DNA of 64,000 bases from Sphagnum compactum (Eukaryota). The notes beneath the pieces are model-generated. The model was given only the letters and a program-made list of their open reading frames with translations, searched no databases and was not told where the DNA came from. A program made the translations under genes and the position numbers. The stretch lies in NCBI GenBank assembly GCA_965153455.1, contig OZ234493.1:5084001-5148000 (forward strand), in the 5' to 3' direction. Shown piece after piece: positions 1 to 12,400 of the stretch. Numbering within the stretch: the stretch's first letter is position 1; each line of letters starts with the position of its first letter.

Positions 1-483
1 TTGTGAGTCTTCCAATTGAATTAATACTCATTGTACTAATATTATAAACTCTCCGCCTTCTTCATGGTTTTCTTTGCTTGATTCACCTTCATGGACAAGT
101 TCTAGTTCTTAAATTGAACCTTAGTCAATTACCCTTTGCCAATAACTAATTCCTTTCCATGATTCTTCAAGGTCTGTTGCATAGTGGTCAGTTCCAAGCT
201 ATGAGTTTCCAATTGATTACTAATTCCATGCAAGTTTTGTTTAGTTTCATCACATTCAACACTCAAGTTGGTGAATCCTTCCAAATTCTTGACCAAGTGT
301 TAGCATTTTGGGCAGCTTGTTCAAAAACATGTTAATATGCTTCAAATTTTCTGTATAAAAAATAGAAACTTGGGTGGATTGAATTGTAAAAAAGTATGGG
401 TTTTCTATATTAACGAATTTAACTATAGGTTATACATGTTGGGATACTTATGCAGTTAAAACCATAGGTTCTTTAACCTTTAC

Positions 484-1224
484 TATCATGGATGCCAATG
501 CCATGGAATTCATTCATTTGAAAGTTCATCCATGACTTGTAATAAACTTGTACCTAGCTTTTAATTTGACTTCAATTCACTCTTAGTTAGCTTCCGGTCA
601 AATTTTTGTTCATTTCCAATTAACTCTTATTTTATTCATAATTAAGTCCTGGTTCACTTTTAGTTTGCTCTTAGTTCATTTTTAATTAAGTCGTAGTTCA
701 CTTCTAATTAATTTTCAATTCACTTCTAGTCAATTTGTAATTCATTTTCAGTTCATTTCTAGTTAATTCTTAGTCCACTCTGAATTAACTCTTGATTCAT
801 TTTTAGTTAAGTCTAAATTCACTCTTAGTTCAATTTTAGTTCATTTTCAATTGAGTTTTAGTTCACTCATAGTTCACACATGGGCGCACATGGGCACACA
901 TGGGTGAAGAGAACCACATGTAAATTGGAAACTTCTTGAGAAACTTCTTTAAACTAGGTGCCTAAGGGGTATAAATAAAGATAGAATTCCCCATTACCTT
1001 TAGTTTGTTCAACACCAATTTTGGGTACGTTTTCTTGTCATAGCCTCATTTTATTTTAATTTCTTCCTTGCGATAAAATCTTATTGGATTCTTGTTTCGC
1101 ACTTTTCATGTCCTTGTTCTTGTTTTCTTGTTTCATGGTTTGGATTTGGGAAATTAATCATGCTTCTGTTCTCGTCTTGGTCTAAGAAATCTTGTAATCA
1201 TTTATTATTTTCATGCCCATGACA
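484..1224 (+). mobile_element. Solo LTR of the same Gypsy family as the LTR at 24605-25218
   Basis: Starts TATCATGGA (cf. TGTCACGGA) and ends TCATGCCCATGACA. Flanked by TTTAC/TTTGC (5-bp TSD, 4/5). 940-1050 (GGGGTATAAATAA..CATTACCTTTAGT..CAACACCAATTTTGGGTAC) matches the reverse complement of about 24790-24900. Degenerate ~22-bp tandem array at 580-880. Confidence 0.85.
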
Positions 1225-1637
1225 TTTGCAACTAGTGTGACATGTTCAATAGGTACATTAACTTGAATGTTTTCAAGTGCATGTTTAGTGTTGACTTCAA
1301 CTTCATCTTCAAAATCAACCTATGTTGTTTTTGCTTGTGGGTTTTCATCATTTCCATTACCAACTTCATTAAAATATGTATTATTTTCATCAACTTCTAA
1401 ATCAATAATTTGAACTCAATAATAGGTTTTAACTTTATTCGTGGATGGTGACTGGTAAATCTTAATGTTCCAACATTGTGTTAAATTAGATTTTTTTTAA
1501 TCATGTTCATTTTTAGTCATAAAATCTATTCTTAAATTACATAATCCAAAATGTTAATCAATAATATTTTCTCAGAAGCAATGTGTCTACATAGTTTTGA
1601 ATTTGTAATCATTTTGCAACAATTTTACTTCTCATAC

Positions 1638-2860
1638 TGATCGAAAGGAAAGAACAACAAATTATGGAAAAGAACATGATAACCAAAAGAAAAATAAAAT
1701 TAATAACTATCTGTTCTTCATGAAAACTATTAATCAAACAATGAGAAAAAATATTTTGCTTTCTCTACTATGTGCTCCCCGAAACAATAAAAAGAACTCC
1801 TCCAAAGAACTCCAAAGCATCCTCCTATTTCACAATTTTGTTGCCTTAAACTAATTTGAATTCAACCTCAACAATCTTAATCTCACCTATTCTTCCTCCA
1901 CTATTGTGCACTCTATTATTACATAATCTCTTGTGTCCAACTTGTCCCATAATAGACATCACAACACCTATTCATTATCCCCATGCATCCTAATCAATTT
2001 TATTATTATACTACAATCTTACCTTTAACATTACCCCCCCCATACTTTGGATTTTATCCTTGAAATCTTGCTATGGACATCTATACTGAAAGAACCTTGA
2101 GTCTGCAAAATAGACTACCCCTTATTCCTATCTATTTTGTAATTACTTGTTATGTAGTTGTAATCTTCGGTTCCAAAGACTAATGTTCTTCTATTGCAAC
2201 AATTTTCTCAATTTACAGAGTTTGTTGTGGTTGCATCTGTTATTGTGTTTCTGTAGTGGTTTATGTATGACCATTATCCTCTTCGTCCTGTGATGTTGGT
2301 GCTATTGCAGTTGTTGTAACAAACTAAATTGATGGAAAATTGTAGCTAGTGTAACATATTCTATGGACTTTGTTTGGGCAGACATGTGTTGTTCTTCTTG
2401 TTCTATTGGAACTTCTATTGGGATTTACTTTTTAGATTATGTCATTGTCTATTCATCCATGGCTTCTTCTTAAACTCTAAATATGGTTCTCGGTCTACTT
2501 TGAGTTTCCTCCATAGCTTGGCTTCATTTGCCTTGTGCTCATCAAACAGGGTCTTTAAATTTGTCTACAACAAATCTTGAACTAAGTTCCACCATGTATC
2601 AACAATATATGCTTGTAGCTGCAAGATTTTTGCATAGTCCTTAAAATTATATTCTACATCAATAGATTGTCATACTCCTTCAATCTATGCTTGGACAAAT
2701 ATGGCTCCATATTTGTGATTAAGTTCACAATTGTGTTTATCCTCTTTGCATCCTATTGTAATTTTTGGATGGATTAATACAAGTCCCCTAAATTTTATCC
2801 TTGTCCCATGTAGCTTCATCCCTCTAATGCATAGTGATTTGAATTTCCTCCTTGAATTTT
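1638..2860 (-). mobile_element. 3' end of a degenerate LTR retrotransposon (LTR about 1638-2030, PPT about 2034-2045, decayed internal sequence)
   Basis: Minus strand reads AAGTATGGGGGGGG-TAA-TGTTAAAGG (PPT, then TG). The putative LTR ends CCTTTCGATCA at 1638. No pol motif recognised. Confidence 0.5.
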
Positions 2861-2865
2861 AACAC

Positions 2866-3230
2866 CTCCTCCTTTTCATAAAACTAGACTGCAACAACTA
2901 AAAAAGACGATGCACTAGGTGCGCATCCTCTTCCTTTTCGTAGAGCTATGCTGCAGTAAACAAAAAAAATGACAACATGTTGGGTGCGTCATCATTGTCA
3001 TCCTCTTCATAAAGCTGCATTGTAGTAAGAAAAAACAATGATGTGTTAGGCATTGTCATCAACCTCTTCACATAATTGTGCTATAGTAACAAAAAAAACC
3101 GGCCACACATCCAACGCATAATTGTCGTCCTCTTCATGGAGCTACATTGCAGGCAAAAAAAGCAATGATGACCAGTGCGCCATCTTCCTCTTCGTGGAAC
3201 TACGCTACAACAACACAAAAAAATGACAAC
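2866..3230. repeat. Degenerate tandem repeat, ~60-65 bp unit, ~6 copies
   Basis: Recurrent TCCTCTTC(A/G)T(A/G)GAGCT..(C)TGCAG..AAAAAA..GA(C/T)G motif. Confidence 0.75.
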
Positions 3231-4789
3231 TCTTATTTGCAAAGCTACAATGCAAATTTATTAATTAATTAAAAGTTATAATAATAATAATAATAAACCT
3301 GACAACAGCAACACCTAATGACGAGCTTGTAGCTCATTGTCTCCTTGGAGGTAACATGTAACCAAAAAAAACAAAAAGAGGCTTACCTTCAAGCTCCTAT
3401 TCCTACCCTTTTTGTAGTCTTCAAGGTCCTCCTCTCTTCACACAACTCACACTCTTCAAGCTCTATAAACTCAAAGTGACTAAAATTCAAACCCTAATCC
3501 AAACTAAACCCAAAAACTAAAACTAATTTCTAATCCCAAAAATCAAGTTTTGTAGCAACTTGGTCTTGGAGGTAGGAGTCCAAAAAAAACTTGGGGTCAG
3601 GTGTGGCATGAAGAAAATAAATTGCCAAGAAGGGCCAAAAGACAAACAAAAAAAATTAAGCTGGGAAAAAAAAAAAAAAAAACCCAAAAAGGCACAAGAG
3701 GGGAAAAAAAATTATCAACCAAAGAAACTGACCCTTGGTGGGATAATTTCATCCCATCCATGAATACTTAGAACAAGATCTTTTGGATGGTGCATTGGTG
3801 GGTGTCGAGTCACTAAAGCCTAGACAAAGTCTCTAAAGAAAAAAGAGAAAATGAAAAACACACAATTGGATTAAAATTGAATTCAATTGAAAAAAAAATG
3901 GGATGCATATTGGTGGAAAAGGTATTGAAAAATTGCAAGGGAACATGGTGTTGAAAAAGATTTCTTTCCATGCCTCTTTATTTAAGAACGAATGAAACAT
4001 ATTCCAATTTGGAATAGTCCATATGTCAACTTCAAAAAAGACAACTTTCTATGCCTCTTTATTTGAGAACTAATGAAACATATTCTAAATGACAACTTTC
4101 AAAAAGATGGGTTATGGAATCTAGGGCTGTCTTACATAAATTAACTTTAATGAATCATCATCATTAGAATTAATTTACTTCAGCTTTGCACTATTATTTG
4201 TTATCAATGACTGTTAAATCAATATAAGATTGAAATATTTATATATTTTCATTTGATTTTTAAATTTTACAATATATCAAAGCAAAATTCCATGATCATA
4301 TAGGTTTTTTATGAAATCATTTTCACTTTCATTAATGTGGATTCCAAACTTCAATTTTTAAAAAAAGTTACCCATTATTTTTGAAGTGAGTGGTCAACTT
4401 ACAATTCTAAGATCTTGAAATTAATTGATACCCACAAAATGATATATGGCAATTTATGATGTCAAAGATAATTCCATATGACAATTTATGTTTACTTATG
4501 ATATGATGGTATGAATAATTTCTAATTATGTCCATGTTTTTTTAATTTTCTAATGATGGCATGAGAATTTTATGTTTATAATATTTATTCACCATGATTT
4601 CATATTATGATTTATGACAATTTTGCACATGCTTCTATTGAGATTATTAGTTGAAAAGCCTTTCCAATATCACAAATCTTGAGTGTCATGGTAGGCAAAT
4701 CATTAGTTGCAAAAAGTCATATTTATTTGGGAAAAATAGTTGGTTTTGCAAGATGTAATTTCATACTAGTATGATTCTAACTTATCACC

Positions 4790-5019
4790 CAGGGATTTTT
4801 TTTGTGGTTATTTTTTGCCATTTCATGAAAAATATTTTCAAAATAAATATTTTATTACAATTTTTATCTTTATTTTCAAATTTTCACCATAAGTGACTAC
4901 ATTGTGAAAGGGTGATTAATAATTTATAGTTGATATTTTGAATATTTCCAAACTTGACTAAATATATTTGTAACCCTTTGCCATTTGAGAAACATCACAA
5001 AATTGAAAAAAATACATTG
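4790..5019. mobile_element. hAT-like MITE
   Basis: Ends CAGGGATTTTTTTT ... AAAAAAATACATTG (imperfect TIR). 8-bp flanks TTATCACC / TTACCAAC (6/8). Confidence 0.55.
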
Positions 5020-5323
5020 TTACCAACTCTAGAAATAGTTTCTACCATGAGTATTATCATTTCAAATGTATTTGCAAGTTTACTTCTACGTTTATTTGCA
5101 AGCTTTCTTCATGCAAGTTCCACAAACCATCCTTTTCTTGTTCCCTTTAAGTCTAAACCATGTTTGGCTAAATATTTTAAAATGTAATTAAAAAAAAAAT
5201 GAGCACCTGATTTTGTATAACCATTAATGAAAACATTTAATGTGGTTAGAAATTTGGTACATAAATTGCCAAATTTTTATTACAAACTAGCAAGTATTTG
5301 AGGATTTTGAAATAATTTTGAGA

Positions 5324-5680
5324 CAAAAAAATCCAATAAAAGCGGATGGCCGAAGCCATCACACGGAAGACAAAAGGAAAGGCCAAAGAAAGGTCAAAAG
5401 ACGCGTAACTTGCATGAACCAAAGAAAGGAGAGAGCTAGTCCTTCTCATGGTAGGAAGATATCTCATCCACAACCCCTCTAATGTTGCCAACATGTAAAT
5501 CATGAGATCTAATAGTAATAGGAGGTCTAAAACAAGCATTTCTTGCCAACACAATCTTCCTCTCTATAGCAAAAGTTAAAGCACGTTGAATAGCAATACT
5601 ACATGTTGCTTGAAAAATTGAATGCAAATTTACAAAGATAAATGACCTCTCGATTGTCTATTGTGAAAAAGACAACACAT
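5324..5680 (-). mobile_element. 5'-truncated CRE-like non-LTR retrotransposon tail
   Basis: Translates to ..SIAIQRALTFAIERKIVL..ISSYHEKD*, resembling the C-terminal QRxSIALQRxxA motif of CRE-clade LINEs, followed by a pyrimidine-rich 3' UTR. Confidence 0.5.
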
Positions 5681-7339
5681 TCCCTCATGATTTGTTAGGA
5701 TCTCTTCCTTCTGCACTTATTTGCATTTTTGACCTTTCTCCTTGAAGGTAAAAATACTGAAATTGTCTACAAACCATTTCATTAGGTCTTCGATTGCACT
5801 CAAATGCTTGCATCTTTAACATAGTTGTGATGTTGTTTTCACTATTTTTAGCATGTCTAATCACATCACTTTTTTTAGGGCTTTTTGGTGAAGTAAGAAC
5901 TTTTCATTGTTTGTTTCTATTGATATCTTTCCCAACTTCGTTTTTTTGCTATGTTCCTTGTTGATTATTTCCACTATGAATATTGAGTCAATACTGCAAA
6001 ACAAGTTCTATTAACTCTAGCTTCTTTTTCTTAACAATGGCATGTGTTGTTTTCGAGACATTCCAATTTATTACGAAAAATGGGGTATTTATAATTTTTC
6101 TAACAATCTCACTTGTATGTGTGATTGCGATCATGGACATATGATGATGACTTGCATTCCTCTTAATGCTGCAATTTGATAATGACTTTATTGTTTGATC
6201 CATAACATTTTTTATTCGTGTTTTTTAAGTCTTTTCCTTTTTTAGATGCTAATTAACATGGTGTTTTTGGCTCCCCCTCCTCCTCCACTAGGGTTCTTTC
6301 TTCTTCCACTAGGGCTCCTTCTTTCTGTTCAACCAATGCTTCATGGTTTACATTGTATTTTAAAGTTGGCAACTCTATTCATTGTCATCTGGATCACTTT
6401 CATTTTTTGGCCACTTGCGTGAAGCTTTTACTAATGAATATTGGTCCGCTTTGTTCATCGATTTGGTTGGCCACGGATTAGACCTAGGAGCTTGTCTCAA
6501 GGTGTTCACAAAATATGGGTCAAACATCCATATCGATATGGCATAGACTTTGTATTCTTTCACATTAATTCTTAATGCCCAATATCCCACTCTAACACTA
6601 TATTTTGCATCTATCATTTTCATTTGTCTTTAATCCACTATTGGATACAAATCCGAGTCACTTAGAGTTTTAGTAGCCATTTTCATAGTTCCAAACCTAC
6701 ACTTGCAATGAATTTTTTTTATGTCCACCACACCTCTTTCTCATTATATACAATCATTGAAAATGTTTGTGTTTGTTTTGTATTTATGATTTTTTAATGT
6801 CCCTCTAAATGTGCAGGATAGAAACATTTATGGTGGTTAGTTATTGATGTTCTATGATTTGATTAGTGATTGTTTATATCAATATTCATAGCAAATATTT
6901 TCTTTGTTGATCTTCAATTAATGCATGATGTTTTAGAATATGCCACAATGTTAATTCATCTCAAAATTGGATGCCATTGTTTATATCACAAATTGATCTT
7001 ACTAGATCTTGCTATAATGTTAACATTGAACACATTTATTTCTCCTTTGTGTGAAAAGTACCAATTGCATATGCATATGTAGAACTTTTCATTCATTATT
7101 GCCTTAATTTTTCTAGTTAATTGTTGCACACATTCATGGTCTTATTTTTTCATGCTCTATTATGATATATGTCCCTCTAGTTTTGATAGAATTATTATTA
7201 ACAAAATACATTTTTTATCCATAATTATAATTGAATCCATTTTATTTCAATCCATTTTCCATTGATTACAATTGATTTTTACATTTGACATTACAGATAC
7301 TATATGTATTACATAGTGTGATTGAATAAACATTATTTT

Positions 7340-7890
7340 ATTCTCAGGGGTTTGGATGTTGTCTTTTCCAACTATCCCACATTTCTTATGGTTTTTGTGG
7401 TAGTCTAATCATCTGTTGATTCATAGGCAGTTGGAAGATTTTGTTTCTTTCGTGTTGTGGGACCTAGGCCCACCTACTGGAATTGCATATAGTCTTATTT
7501 TGGGTTTTCCAATTTCTATTGCTAATAATCCACATAGCATGACCAAGTCTTCATTTGATAAATCTTTGAGAGAATTAATTAAGTAGTGTTTTGGAAGTGG
7601 TTTTTTAAGGCTTGTGCATTGTTTCAAAAATTCCATCGTGTGTTTAAACATTGGCCAATGATAGTCTTTAATATCTTGTTCCATAAATTGGGGGTTTCGC
7701 CTTGGCATGTTCTTAGCAATAAATGGACCTTGTTATTTTTTCTTTCGTTTGCCCACCGCCAGGTGGCACATTCATATGTGTTATCCATTTTGTCTTTTTG
7801 TAAACTGCCCCATTTCTTAATTTTTAACAATTCGCATAAAGGATCCAACTGATTGTCATCTTGAGGAACTCACCATGGTTGTTCTATTTG
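7340..7890 (-). pseudogene. Decayed orphan ORF, paralog copy 1
   Basis: LDPLCELLKIKKWG..TWRWAN../..DIKDYHWPMFKHTMEF..SLKKPLPKHYLINSLKDLSNEDLVMLCGLLAI..RLYA; aligns by eye with 8450-8970; frameshift and stops present. Confidence 0.5.
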
Positions 7891-8224
7891 CTTGAAAATT
7901 GTGTCCAAAATTGAATGCAATAATGTGTTTCCAATCATGCATTGAATTGTGAATAGTAGCTTGCCAGTAATAAATGATCTATTTGTCATTATTTGGGAGA
8001 AATCCAACTGAGATGGTAATACTAAATCAGGCAATTAAGTACATGAATTAATAATTTTGGGTGGAGGATACAAATATTTTGTTGAGGTAATAGGAATGTA
8101 ATATTAGAAGTATATCAAATGCAAGTGGATAGTGATGATACTGAAAATGTAAATAAACAGTAGAGAATGAGAATATTTGGAAATGTAATGTTCATGTAAT
8201 CACTATATGGGGGTTTTATAGGCT

Positions 8225-8333
8225 TCCTTTGGAGTTCCAAGGACTAATTGGGTATTATATATGTGTCCTTTGAAGTTCCAAGGACTAAATGGGTACTATA
8301 TATGCATCCTTAGAAGTTCCAAGAATCAAATTG
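8225..8333. repeat. 41-bp tandem repeat, ~2.6 copies
   Basis: TCCTT(T/A)G(G/A)AGTTCCAAG starts at 8225, 8266 and 8307. Confidence 0.85.
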
Positions 8334-8449
8334 CTTTCAAGATTTTTCTAGAAACAACTCCTATGTTCAACTTCAACCCTAATTCACATCAAAAAATCTA
8401 TTGAACCATAAATTATTACAAAGAATGGTATTTTGGTTTCTCTTTCATT

Positions 8450-8970
8450 TGTTGCGACATCTTTTTTGCCACTATTGTAAACATCTCGTGGTTTCGAAGG
8501 TCAAGCCTATCATGTGATGATTCATAGGTTGTTTTAACATTTTGTTCCTTAAATCTTTTGGCACCTAGGTTCACCTACCCATAGTTGCATAAAGTCGTCT
8601 ACTGGGTTCCATAAATTTTATTGATAGGAGGTTGCTAAGGGTTACCAAATCCTTTGCTGATAAATCCTTCACTAAGTTTGTGAAAAAATGTTCTGGAATC
8701 AACTTTTTCAAACTTGCACGTTCTTGGAAGAAATCCATGCCATGTGTAAATGTCACCTAGTGATAGTTTTCCATATCCTCCTTCGGAATGTTTATAGTTT
8801 GTTTGAGCACTGCAAAACTTTTTTTGTCTATCTTCGCATTTACCCATTGCCATGTCACCCATTCATTCGTTTTATCAATTTCCCTTTTCCATTCAATTCC
8901 CCATGTTCTAATTTCTAACAAATGCTTGAGGGGGTCTAGCTAGGTAGGATCTCTTGGATATTCCATAGGT
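8450..8970 (-). pseudogene. Decayed orphan ORF, paralog copy 2
   Basis: LDPLKHLLEIRTWG..TWQWVN..DMENYH*VTFTHGMDF..SLKKLIPEHFFTNLVKDLSAKDLVTLSNLLSI..RLYA; in-frame stops. Confidence 0.5.
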
Positions 8971-9469
8971 TTTTTTTTGTCAACTCACATATTCTATCTA
9001 ATATGCTTGAAATTAAAGTGTATTCAATCATAATTTCCAAGGTGTTTAGTGTGACCATTGTTGTGATTTTTTTTTTGCCATTGTAAAATAGATCTTTAAC
9101 AATTGCAAACATGTGGTAGCCATCAAAAAGATGGAACTAGGCAATTCTAGTGGAAAGGGGGAAAAAATGTAGTTTGATTCTTCAAGTAGCAAGAATGATC
9201 CTAGACATAAGAGGTTTGAAAGATTGAATTCAAATAAAAATTAGGTTTAAATGGTATAAAAAATGTGCGGTCTCATATTGTTTCAATTTTTTATGGGAAC
9301 ATACTTCTTGAAGATGAACATGTGGTGTTTCAATTAACACATACTTTTTGGTTGTGAATAGGTTAAGTTTGGATTAACACATAACTCTTAGTTGTGAACA
9401 AATTGTGTTCATCCTTTGTTTTGTTCATCCATTTAGTTTTTCACCCATTTTAATTGTTCATGCATGTAC

Positions 9470-12400
9470 ATGTGGCAAAATATTCCTCCATATCATGAAA
9501 CATTATGTGCCATGTGTCAATGGAATATTCCAAAAAATTTATCATGTTCACCTACTCATGTTCACATTCACTCACTCACCAAATAACAATCCCTAATTTT
9601 AAATAGAAACAATCTATTTCATCTTTACCTAAATAGTAGTTCATTTACGATCGTCCTCAGTTATTAATGTCTTGCCGCCAAAGTTAATTCATGTGGTGAC
9701 AATGTATTACTTTCTTGTTTTAAATGTCCTTTTAGAAGCACATTTGTTTTATTGTAGTTGCTAATGATTAGAGAATCAATTGAATGCCGATTCTTGTCGA
9801 TTCTCCCATCCTTTTTAATTGCTTTCAATACTTCCCTTCAATTTTTCATTTGATTTTTAGCCTCAAGAACAATTATGGAATTCAAGTAATGAGAGGCAAC
9901 CGAGGTCTTCAATTATGCCGATTTCAATTTAATCACCTCATTTCAATATTAGGGGTCTATCCTGAATTCCATAATATTTGCCTACTATAATCTTTGCTGA
10001 ATTTGTATTCACAATGATTTTTTGTGTGTTTCAAATCATCATTTTTTTCCTATCTGATTCCATATTCATCTCGTTTCCTCTTTTTTTTATCATATTTCCA
10101 TGTTTATTATTCAACACATATTATTCTCAGGGTTCCCTTCTCCTCGTCTTCTATAATGTTCAAATTTGTGTTTTGTGTTTGATTACATTTCATTATGTGG
10201 TATCTTCTTTCTTATTCATTACTATCCGTGTGTCCTTAGTAACATGGTGACATTTCATGTTATTAGATGTTCTGAGTTCACCATCATGGTCGACGATTCA
10301 TGGACAACTTTGGTTTTTAAATAATGTTTGTGTTATGTTTTCTTTTCAATTGGGATCCTTACATATATCCAAGGATGTTTCGTATGATTTTAATAACTTG
10401 GTTTTAAGTTCGTTATACAAGATTCCTACAACCTCTTCTGAAGGGAGACAATTGGTGGTTGGTTGTGGCCGTTATTGCAATGTTGGCAATAATTTTACTC
10501 ATAACTTTTTAAAAAAAATCTTGACAACAAGAACAATAGGGTTTGTGGTCAAGATTGTGAAACAAAAACACGATGTTAACAACACTTGTTGATAATGTTT
10601 AGATGCATATACTACTTCTTTTTTCATGAACTATCTAATTCTTCTTCAGGTGATGACTTGACACCGCATCTTTCATCCATAAGATCATCGAATGGGAATC
10701 TTCAATCTGGTTCCTTGAAATCACGGTATCCTTCATCACGACTGGTTATCGTGTTATCATCATAACCTTCCACCTCTTTTCCAAATATTTAGTCCGTTGT
10801 TTCTTACCTTTGTGCAATGGCACTATTAGGATGTAGCTGCAACGAGTTGTAAAATTCGGATTATGACGAGATACTTCTTCAAAAAGTTCAATTCTTGTCG
10901 ATTGTTTTTATGGGGATGTCTTGTTTGAATTAATGTTAGTCCTTCCCAATGTTCATGGCTCTTCAAAAATGCAAGGCATGGACAGAAAGTATGATGGCCA
11001 TGCTCGGTGTAAGGTGATCACAACCAAAATCTAGAATAATTTTGAGTCAAACTTTAGGAAGACTCGTAGCTTAAATCAACTGCGTTGTGTGCATGATGAT
11101 TGTGAGAACTTTATGTGCTTTAGCGCTCACAATGAATTATTTTGGTGTGGTGAGTGCATTCATATTCCAATTGTAGGTTAGATGGAACTAACTACATATG
11201 TTCCGTCATTTGGATGCAAATTTTGTCATGCTCCTCCTTTATGTGTTGTTAATTACAATGGGTGAATCTATTATGTTGTGCATAAAATCCAATCCTTCTC
11301 AAGAACGGTGATTCATCTTAAGGTACACAATCATCTTGTTGCAGATGGCAAGTGTAGGGAGTTTGTGGATGAAATTAGAAGGTTGATCGCAGAGGAGGTC
11401 AAATCGCATGCCTAATGCAAAGATATTTGTGAGTTCCCTAAGTGTTAGCAAGACCTTCTTGGCTAGGCATCTATTCGATGATTGTAGTGATGGCATAGTG
11501 GAGCTTTTTAAAGGTGAGTAGTGGGAGCACATATAGGACAAGTTTTGTGAATTGAACTCTCCCAACATTCGTAACCTCATTGCTTCTTTCAAACATCATC
11601 CAAGTGGTGGTTATATTGATAGCATCTTTGAATTGAAGTCCAAGAATTGATATGACTACATTTAAGAATGTTGTTTCCTTGGACAAGTTCTAGGACAAAT
11701 TAAAGGTGTTCATTTTCAAGATGTCCATAAACTCCCAGTGTGGGGAATGGAGCAAGTCTTGTCACACAAATGTAACTTGCAGGGGATTTACAAAATGTTT
11801 GGATCATGTGAAGCATGTGGCTAGTTGGACAATTATGGTTTGTCATGTGTACAATCCAGCCTATTGTGAAATTATGACCATTACGGTTTGTGACATGTAG
11901 TTTGAAGACATGTAGGTTCAACAAGTAATGTGGACAAAACTTAATGACACGATGTTGAAACACAACTTTCCAAAATCAAATTTCAAGGGATTCATGGCTA
12001 ATAGTGCATAATCCAATTAGAACATGGTTATAATTGTTTATGGATTGGGGGACCCCTCTATGAGGATGGTTGATAAGGAGATGCACGTGTCTATTCCACT
12101 AGACTTAATTGCTTAATAAGCACACCAAAATACTGATCAAACCCAAATCGTAAGATCAACACATTGTTCTCTACCACTAGTACAAGGACGCACAATCCGT
12201 TTGGGAGGTTGACAATCTCTATGTTTTAATTTGTTGTTGGTGGCTCTCATCAGGGGCTATTTCTAAGGCAGGTGTCCATGAGCTTGGCAATTGGCTTAAT
12301 TTTTAACATTTTTATGTCAAACAATGGATTCATGGTCCATGTGAGTATTTTGTCTCTCAAAGTTTTTATGACTCTTTTTTGTTTGCATTCAAAACATGAA

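Noticed and set aside
3767..4412. Possible minus-strand Helitron
   Set aside because: A|TC start is plausible at 4412, but the 3' end reads CTAAG with no convincing hairpin, so the boundaries are unsupported.
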